A stretch of 64,000 bases of DNA, from positions 18,123 to 82,122 of the forward strand of contig JAPDJH010000009.1 in NCBI GenBank assembly GCA_029259175.1, read 5' to 3'. The stretch's first letter is position 1. Every line of letters begins with the position of its first letter. The notes under the pieces are model-generated. The model had not been told where the DNA came from. It ran no database searches and saw nothing but the letters and a program-made list of their open reading frames with translations. This stretch comes from Hadesarchaea archaeon (GTDB lineage Archaea > Hadarchaeota > Hadarchaeia > Hadarchaeales > Hadarchaeaceae). Shown in pieces: positions 57,983-64,000 of the stretch. A program made the translations under genes and the position numbers.

Positions 57983-58783
57983 CTAAAAAGCTGATTCACA
58001 CTTTAGACCTAGAACTTTAGATTTCCGCTCGATTTCTTTTTTTACACTTCTCCACCACTCTGGCGTTTGCAAGATCTTTTTTATCTTAGCAACTTCCTCC
58101 GCGCCAAATACTCGTTCAAGTCTCTCGAGCACACCCGTTTTTACGTTGAGCTTATCATACATCACATAACTTCCACTAGACTTGGCTTCTCGCAACACTT
58201 CTTCGATTTGCTCGGGCGAATCGTTCACACCTGGGATTATAGGGCCCAAGAACAGCCACGTCTCCACATTACGCTCTTTGAATTCCTTCAGAACCTGAAC
58301 ACGTGCATCGGGATCCGGCGCACGAGGTTCAATTTTAGAAACGACATCTGCATCCAGCGTGGTAACCGTCACGCCCACTTCGAATTTCTCCCCCCGGATA
58401 AGATCCCGATCGCGCAACACCAGATCAGATTTGGTCTGAATGCAAACACCAAAACCCGAATCGCGGAGAACCTCCAAACACCGTCTGGTAAGCTCCACCT
58501 CTTTTTCAATTGGCTGGTAGGGATCACAGACTGTAGAAACACCCACCACCCCCGGCCGCTTACGTCTCACTTCAGCCCTCAGCACCTCAGCCACATTCTC
58601 CTTAAGCCAAACATCCTGTCCCCACCTCTCCACCAGTTCGGCATCTCTCAGAATAGCTGGAGAGTAACAGTAGAGACAGCCGTGCTCACATCCGCGATAG
58701 GGATTAAGAGCATAATCCAGTCCCGGAAGTCCGCTTTTCGATAGCGCGCTCTTGCACCGCATCAGGTGGTACCTTGCTTTCAT
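57983..58783 (-). CDS. Radical SAM protein, SplB-like ('DNA repair photolyase' COG1533 family)
   Basis: 'LNPYRGCEHGCLYCYSPA' CxxxCxxC cluster motif in the position typical for spore-photoproduct-lyase-like enzymes. Confidence 0.6.
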   Translation of the reverse strand: MKARYHLMRCKSALSKSGLPGLDYALNPYRGCEHGCLYCYSPAILRDAELVERWGQDVWLKENVAEVLRAEVRRKRPGVVGVSTVCDPYQPIEKEVELTRRCLEVLRDSGFGVCIQTKSDLVLRDRDLIRGEKFEVGVTVTTLDADVVSKIEPRAPDPDARVQVLKEFKERNVETWLFLGPIIPGVNDSPEQIEEVLREAKSSGSYVMYDKLNVKTGVLERLERVFGAEEVAKIKKILQTPEWWRSVKKEIERKSKVLGLKCESAF

Positions 58784-60096
58784 GTCAAGAACTCCGTTAT
58801 TCGTTTTTGATGTAAAACACGCCTAAGCATCCAACTGTGCTTTATCCATTCTCCAAGAGGAATAGTCAGATGGCTCATAGCATGCTCCAACGCCTCGCGT
58901 AGAGTGTCAAACCGTGCTGGTTTCTGCCGCACCATCGCCCTCACACTTTCTCTAACATTCCACACGCCCACCGGCAATATATATCCGGGATGAATCTCAC
59001 GCAACACCAGCACCGCAGCCTGACGTTTTTCTCTTACCAGCTGCTCACACACGGCCAACCTGCAAGAATAGTAACATCCTCCCACTTCGGGATAGGTCGT
59101 TCTCCCCCAATACTCTTCGTAGTCTCCCATCATCGCTGGTTTAGCGGCAAATCTGTCCGGATTCCATGTGGTCCCCGGAAACCAGGCCTCTATCCACTCG
59201 TAACTCCAGCTCTCAGGAAAGAAGATCCCGACAAATCGATTATCAAGGTGGCGAAAAGCGTAGACCCTGTACTCATCGATCACCGGATAGGTCTTCACCT
59301 CGTCCATCAACCGCTGGGACACGATCGAGTCCACGGCAGTTATGCTCCAACGTGTTGGAACTAGACGTCTGCGCTCTTGGACTCCAAACATCCCGAGACT
59401 AAACGCGCGCTGAATCCTGCTGATCTCAACCCCCTGCGAATACAGCTCCCAAACGGCGTCCGCGGCTTTGAGATCCCGGTCATAAAACGTCCGCTCGAGC
59501 TTGTGATCGGAACCACCCACACTCGCTCGAAAGCTGCGCATGGGGGCTGAAGGGCCAAAAGGAGGGATCTCATTTCCGAGTGTCAGAACTGCACTTGGTT
59601 TGCGTTCTAAAACCAGCTCGGCATCCGCAGGAGTGCGGCTAAGCAACATCTCTTGAAGTGTCTCAAGAATGCGGCTACCCGTAGCCGCATCACGAACATC
59701 AGCGCGTGTTTTTCCGCGAATCAGCGAAAAACGAAAATCAATTATTTCCTGAATGTCACGGCCAAGCCATTGCTCGGGAGTATCAAGTATCGATGTATCC
59801 CCCCTTATTGGCGGAACCATTGGCCCTACTAAAACCTTCGGATATCCTATTCGGCCTACAAAGACTCCTGGAGGGCTCGATCCTTCTACTATCGAGGAAT
59901 TGATTTTCAATGATGTTTTCACAAGCGAGCGGGCGCGGGCAAGAACTGGGCAACGCAGCTTGCCGCATAACATGCGCCCGCCCTTGCAGTGCAAACACAC
60001 CGCACCGGAACGCGTGCTCACCACTTTGAAACTCGTGAGTTCCCGAGCGATGTTCGATGGAACAACATCGGCGAGCCAGCTCATAGCCCGATTCAT
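58780..60096 (-). CDS. Nre-family (NreA-like) putative DNA repair protein with N-terminal Cys4 zinc ribbon
   Basis: 438 aa. 'CLHCKGGRMLCGKLRCP' N-terminal zinc ribbon and conserved Trp/Tyr-rich C-terminal region. Assignment from memory of DUF650/651 proteins, not verified. Confidence 0.4.
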   Translation of the reverse strand: MNRAMSWLADVVPSNIARELTSFKVVSTRSGAVCLHCKGGRMLCGKLRCPVLARARSLVKTSLKINSSIVEGSSPPGVFVGRIGYPKVLVGPMVPPIRGDTSILDTPEQWLGRDIQEIIDFRFSLIRGKTRADVRDAATGSRILETLQEMLLSRTPADAELVLERKPSAVLTLGNEIPPFGPSAPMRSFRASVGGSDHKLERTFYDRDLKAADAVWELYSQGVEISRIQRAFSLGMFGVQERRRLVPTRWSITAVDSIVSQRLMDEVKTYPVIDEYRVYAFRHLDNRFVGIFFPESWSYEWIEAWFPGTTWNPDRFAAKPAMMGDYEEYWGRTTYPEVGGCYYSCRLAVCEQLVREKRQAAVLVLREIHPGYILPVGVWNVRESVRAMVRQKPARFDTLREALEHAMSHLTIPLGEWIKHSWMLRRVLHQKRITEFLT

Positions 60097-60229
60097 GCGC
60101 TGCCCCTCTCTTCCTACGTGTCACCAAACTTTGTTTATTTCTTCACACCACACCAAAAATAATCCATCTGCGCGTTAGGGCCACCGTATAGGTCTTATAC
60201 ATCGAGAATCCTCTTTTTTCTTGGTTTGA

Positions 60230-61237
60230 ATGATCGACTACGATCTCGAACCCCACACAGTCGCCCGATTTTTGAAACAACACCGAGCAAAGCGAGTAGG
60301 AATCCAGCTCCCAGCCGGTCTGCGCCCTTTCTGGCCCAAGATCGCACACACCGTGCGCAAAAGTGGTTCCACACCTTTATTCCTCAAAACGTGCTATGGT
60401 GCATGCGACCTCGCGGATCTCCAAGCCAAACAACTCGGATGTGATGTGCTCCTGCACTACGGTCACGCAGATATGGGGCTTCCGACCCTAGTTCCAACCC
60501 TCTATGTTGAAGCCCGCGTGAAGAGAATCACGCTGGGAGCCATAGGGCTCTTCGCCAAACGAGTCCACGGGTCCCGGATCGGTCTCTTCACGACCGTACA
60601 GTATGTCGAACATCTCCCACGGATTGTAGAAAAACTGAGGGAACTCGGTTTGAAGCCAGTCATTGGAAAACCCGGGCCCAGGACCAAGTACCGCGGCCAA
60701 GTGCTGGGTTGTGATTTCAGTTGTGTCAAACAGATATCAAAAAAATGTGAAGCTTTGCTTTACGTCGGGACGGGAAGATTTCATCCTCTCGGGTGTGCAA
60801 TCGCGACTCGCAAGCCCGTGTATATCGCCAATCCGCTCACAGGAAAGCTAAGCCAAATCGGTGGCTTGAGCGAGTTTCTTCAAAGCCGCAAAGCCGCCAT
60901 TTCTAAAGCTGCTAGTGGCCGTCGGTTCGGTGTGATAGTCTCAACCAAGCGAGGACAAGCCCGTTATGCGTTGGCCCTCCAATTGGTGGAAAAGCTTATC
61001 ACCAATAGAAGAACCGCAGAGCTCGTAGTACTTGACGAGGTACTTCCAGAACACTTAGCTGATTATTCCTTCGACGCCCTGGTGTGTACGGCCTGTCCTC
61101 GCATACCGATCGATGATTCTCCGCGATACGAAGTACCACTGCTAACCCCTTTCGAGCTTTCCGTCATGCTAGGAGAACGTCCGCTCGAGGATTACCAAAT
61201 GGACGAAATCGTGCGAACAGATTTTGGAAAGATTTAA
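60230..61237 (+). CDS. dph2: Diphthamide synthesis 2-(3-amino-3-carboxypropyl)histidine synthase Dph2
   Basis: 'GIQLPAGLRP', 'YGACDLAD', conserved Cys in each of three domains (CDF, CTAC). Confidence 0.75.
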   Translation: MIDYDLEPHTVARFLKQHRAKRVGIQLPAGLRPFWPKIAHTVRKSGSTPLFLKTCYGACDLADLQAKQLGCDVLLHYGHADMGLPTLVPTLYVEARVKRITLGAIGLFAKRVHGSRIGLFTTVQYVEHLPRIVEKLRELGLKPVIGKPGPRTKYRGQVLGCDFSCVKQISKKCEALLYVGTGRFHPLGCAIATRKPVYIANPLTGKLSQIGGLSEFLQSRKAAISKAASGRRFGVIVSTKRGQARYALALQLVEKLITNRRTAELVVLDEVLPEHLADYSFDALVCTACPRIPIDDSPRYEVPLLTPFELSVMLGERPLEDYQMDEIVRTDFGKI

Positions 61238-61269
61238 GCCTTCTAGAAGCAGGGGAGTATGGGACAAGC

Positions 61270-61848
61270 ATGGAAGTCAAGACCGGAGACTTTGTTCTGC
61301 CAGGAGACTTTCTAGCCACGGCAGAAGAATTCGTGCCTGGAGAAGGAGCTTACGAAGAGAACGGAAACATCTACTCGTCAACAGTTGGAATGGTGCTGGT
61401 AGATATCCGCACCAAAAAAATCTCCGTGTTCCCCAAAACCAAAACACCACCAACTCTGAAAATCGGAGATATCGTGATCGGACGAGTAGAAGAGGTGCGT
61501 GACCAATTTCTAACGGTTTCCATCGCCGCTCTCGTGGGAAATGAAAACAGAGAACTGCCGCCACCGAGGCTGGCCCTAATTCATATCTCCAAGGTTCAAG
61601 CGGGCTTTGTTAAGGATTTGAGTAAGCTTTTCAAGCCAGGAGACATCATCAAAGCGAAGGTTCTGAATGCGCAACCAGAGTTAATACAGCTCACCACCAT
61701 CGGGAGGGAGCTCGGCGTGCTCGTTGCTTTCTGCTCCCGTTGCCGCTCCCCTCTAGATCGAGAAGGGAACAAGTTGAGATGTCCTTCGTGCGGATCGGTC
61801 GAGACCAGAAAGCTGTCCGTGCACTACCGACAGGAAGTAGCAAAATGA
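61270..61848 (+). CDS. csl4: Exosome subunit Csl4 (S1 domain + zinc ribbon)
   Basis: 'VLPGDFLATAEEFVPGEGAYE', S1 'IGDIVIGRVEEV...', 'CSRCRSPLDREGNKLRCPSCG' Zn ribbon. Confidence 0.8.
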   Translation: MEVKTGDFVLPGDFLATAEEFVPGEGAYEENGNIYSSTVGMVLVDIRTKKISVFPKTKTPPTLKIGDIVIGRVEEVRDQFLTVSIAALVGNENRELPPPRLALIHISKVQAGFVKDLSKLFKPGDIIKAKVLNAQPELIQLTTIGRELGVLVAFCSRCRSPLDREGNKLRCPSCGSVETRKLSVHYRQEVAK

Positions 61849-62045
61849 AAAAGCAACTCACCATCAAAACCGGAAGTCTAGCTCAGATGATCCAGACGCT
61901 TGAGAAACTGGAGACCCTCAACGTGGATTTAGACGCCGAAGGGAGAGGAAAAACCATCACTCTCACCCTATACGGCGACAAAGCAGACATCAAACGCGCG
62001 CTCCACAAGTTGCGCCAGATCCGCGAATCGAGCAAGGATTTATAA
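61845..62045 (+). CDS. Small hypothetical protein between csl4 and rpoL
   Basis: 66 aa from the ATG overlapping the csl4 stop ('MKKQLTIKTGSLAQMIQTLEKLETLNVDLDAEGRGKTITLTLYGDKADIKRALHKL'). The longer track ORF (61740) lies inside csl4. Confidence 0.3.
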   Translation: MKKQLTIKTGSLAQMIQTLEKLETLNVDLDAEGRGKTITLTLYGDKADIKRALHKLRQIRESSKDL

Positions 62046-62077
62046 AAACCGGGTTGGAGTGAAGGAAGGGGGTCCTC

Positions 62078-62362
62078 GTGGAAATAGAAGTAGTAAAAAA
62101 GGAAAAAAACGACCTAACACTACGAATCGAAGGTGAAACCCACACGCTGATGAATCTCCTGTGCTCCGAACTTTACGCGGACGATAGCGTGAAAGTCGCG
62201 TCCTACACCCTCGAACATCCGTTGACACGGGTGGTACTGTTTCATTTGAAAACGGCTGGCAAATCGCCTGAAAAAGCTCTCAGCTCTGCTACCGACAGGA
62301 TCGTCGAAAAGCTGGAGGAACTGAAAAAGGAATTTCAGACAAAACTGAAAAGGCGCGAATAA
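62078..62362 (+). CDS. rpoL: DNA-directed RNA polymerase subunit L (RpoL/Rpb11)
   Basis: 'LRIEGETHTLMNLLCSELYADDSVKVASYTLEHPL'. Confidence 0.7.
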   Translation: MEIEVVKKEKNDLTLRIEGETHTLMNLLCSELYADDSVKVASYTLEHPLTRVVLFHLKTAGKSPEKALSSATDRIVEKLEELKKEFQTKLKRRE

Positions 62363-62399
62363 AGTTTTACATCTCTGCGTTCAACTCTTTTACGATCCC

Positions 62400-62990
62400 A
62401 TGCGCCACTTTCACATCAAGCCAGAAATCCGAGTGCTAGGGGTTGACGACGGACCCCATAGTGGTTCTCATCCGGTGCCACTAGTGGGGGTCGTGTTTCG
62501 GGGTAATCGATGGTTTGAGGGGATTCTAAAAACCGAAATCACGAAAGACGGGATGGACGTCACCGACAAACTTATCGAAATGGTGAAAACAAGCCGACAG
62601 TTGGGGCAGCTCCGTATCATCATAACTGATGGAATCACGTTTGCAGGGTTCAATGTGTTGGATATTCGCCGAGTTTTTAATGAACTTGGTCTTCCCGTCA
62701 TAGCCGTTTCACGCACTAAACCCAACATGCGAGATATCAAAAAAGCACTCAAGAATCTGCCCGATTGGCCAAGGAGATGGGACATCATCCGGCGCTCCGG
62801 TAAAGTCTACGCCCTCAGGCCTCTCAGGGGCACTCGTCCGATATATGTCCAGCCAATGGGGATTGATCGAAAAACCGCCAAACAAATCGTTGAGCACACG
62901 CGTGGACGAAGTTCTATTCCCGAACCTGTGCGTGTAGCTCATATGGTCGCAACTGCAATAGTGAGAGGGGAAAGTCATGGCGGGGCATAA
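62400..62990 (+). CDS. DUF99/UPF0215-family protein
   Basis: 'IRVLGVDDGP...VVFRGNRWFEGI...IIITDGITFAGFNVLD' matches the archaeal DUF99 pattern as recalled. Confidence 0.5.
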   Translation: MRHFHIKPEIRVLGVDDGPHSGSHPVPLVGVVFRGNRWFEGILKTEITKDGMDVTDKLIEMVKTSRQLGQLRIIITDGITFAGFNVLDIRRVFNELGLPVIAVSRTKPNMRDIKKALKNLPDWPRRWDIIRRSGKVYALRPLRGTRPIYVQPMGIDRKTAKQIVEHTRGRSSIPEPVRVAHMVATAIVRGESHGGA

Positions 62991-63576
62991 ACTCCTACGC
63001 AAATTAGCCAGCTGGTTAACTCGTCATTCGACTGTGAAAGAAATAGTCGAAACCGTTCTCTTTATAGTGGCCCTTTATTTTCTCATCGTCGGCGTTCTGA
63101 TTCTTGCGTTCAACACCTCCTCTTACTGGATGGGGGTGGTTTCCAACAGTATGAAGCACGAAGAGTGGGTGGACTGGAAGCTGTATTTCCAAGATCAAAG
63201 CATGCGCCAATTTCTGCTCAGTCAGTCGAACCTCGAGTACATAAGCGAACAAGACCACCTCTACGACCCCGACCATTTTCCAATTCAAGGAGGATTCACG
63301 CGAGGAGACCTGTTAGTGATTCGCGGTGTAAACTCCATCTCGGAGATATCCGTGGGTGATGTAATCATCATCGAAAGACCAAACGACATCCCACTGACTC
63401 ACCGGGTTTTCGCTGCTTGGGAGGAAAACGGGAAGATAAGATTTACGACGAAGGGCGATTACAATTCGTATTTGCTTAGCGACGACATGATAGTTTATCC
63501 GGAGCAGATAATCGGCAAAGTGGTTTATGTAATACCAAAGCTCGGAAACATATCCGTGTGGTTCCAGGGGAGATGA
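62977..63576 (+). CDS. Signal peptidase I (archaeal Sec11/S26 type)
   Basis: N-terminal TM, 'VVSNSMKH' catalytic Ser box, 'GDLLVIRG'. Confidence 0.7.
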   Translation: MAGHKLLRKLASWLTRHSTVKEIVETVLFIVALYFLIVGVLILAFNTSSYWMGVVSNSMKHEEWVDWKLYFQDQSMRQFLLSQSNLEYISEQDHLYDPDHFPIQGGFTRGDLLVIRGVNSISEISVGDVIIIERPNDIPLTHRVFAAWEENGKIRFTTKGDYNSYLLSDDMIVYPEQIIGKVVYVIPKLGNISVWFQGR

Positions 63577-63580
63577 ATCC

Positions 63581-63970
63581 ATGCGAAAACCAGCCGTTAC
63601 TGTGGACATCATAATAAGAACTCCGAGAGGGGTGGTGCTGGTAAAGCGAAAAAATCCGCCTTTTAAAGGCATGTGGGCGCTTCCTGGAGGGTTTGTGGAG
63701 TACGGAGAGCGGGTGGAAGACGCCGCCGTCCGAGAAGCTCTGGAAGAAACTGGCCTCAAAATCCGGTTGAAAAAAGTTGTCGGAGTGTATTCAGACCCAA
63801 ATCGTGATCCGCGAGGGCACGTGATCAGCATATGTTTCCTCGCAGAGCCCAGCGGAGGCGCCCTGAAAGCGTCCACTGATGCGATGCGGGTAAAAACCTT
63901 CAAGAAAATCCCTTGGAAAAAGTTGGCCTTTGACCATGCCAAGATTTTAAAGGATGCGGGATTTAGGTGA
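63581..63970 (+). CDS. NUDIX hydrolase
   Basis: 'GGFVEYGERVEDAAVREALEETGL' Nudix box. Confidence 0.8.
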   Translation: MRKPAVTVDIIIRTPRGVVLVKRKNPPFKGMWALPGGFVEYGERVEDAAVREALEETGLKIRLKKVVGVYSDPNRDPRGHVISICFLAEPSGGALKASTDAMRVKTFKKIPWKKLAFDHAKILKDAGFR

Positions 63971-64000
63971 TGAGATGCAGCGGACTTGTCCGAAGTGTGG

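Overview
This is a ~60% GC archaeal chromosomal segment, probably from a euryarchaeon. Lineage clues: a methanogen-type seryl-tRNA synthetase, archaeal exosome subunits, proteasome alpha, KEOPS subunits, L37ae, L15e, S24e/S27ae, S3Ae, and tRNAs with an archaeal-style intron. All calls below come from reading the ORF translations and the DNA by eye. No database or HMM search was run.

Contents:
- 1-13 kb: a nearly textbook 'exosome superoperon' on the minus strand. Gene order is L15e, a conserved small protein, RNase P Pop5, proteasome alpha, SBDS, Rrp4, Rrp41, Rrp42, L37ae, RpoP, Brix, Pcc1, prefoldin beta, DHH phosphoesterase. A Tyw1/Taw1 gene and a membrane-HTH/DUF5667-like trio lie to the left of it. 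Phosphoglycerate-dehydrogenase-like and Ygr210-type GTPase genes lie to the right.
- 13-20 kb: UDP-GlcNAc genes (GlmU-like, GlmM-like) flank a secreted protein, a membrane protein and an archaeal AAA ATPase.
- 20-34 kb: S3Ae, SerRS, a second Pcc1-like gene, Clp1-like kinase, two tandem RecJ-like DHH proteins, S15, Ham1, Bud32 and Kae1 (unfused), a WtpABC tungstate transporter, a coiled-coil protein, and S24e/S27ae.
- 34-44 kb: GTP-dependent dephospho-CoA kinase, Lhr helicase, HD phosphohydrolase, a CARF-like mini protein plus a Zn-ribbon ThrC-like enzyme, a carbamoyltransferase-like gene, PurC and TatD.
- 44.6-48.5 kb (the most unusual locus): a compact five-gene cluster. It encodes a polyferredoxin, a NuoC-like subunit, an HdrB-like CCG protein, a group-4 [NiFe]-hydrogenase large subunit with its Ni-binding cysteines intact, and a HycG-type small subunit fused to a 2x[4Fe-4S] domain. 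No membrane subunits are encoded with it. It looks like a soluble Ech-type hydrogenase core coupled to a heterodisulfide-reductase-like subunit.
- 48.6-55.6 kb: CysK, an intron-containing tRNA(CAU), an MFS transporter, TIM, then tRNA-Thr followed by a toxin-antitoxin island (HicAB, wHTH-MNT/HEPN, a longer wHTH-MNT fusion, VapBC). The island is bounded by two direct repeats of the tRNA 3' end, so it is an integrated-element remnant with no integrase.
- 55.6-64 kb: NHL-repeat protein, radical-SAM SplB-like plus Nre-like repair pair, Dph2, Csl4, RpoL, DUF99, signal peptidase, NUDIX.
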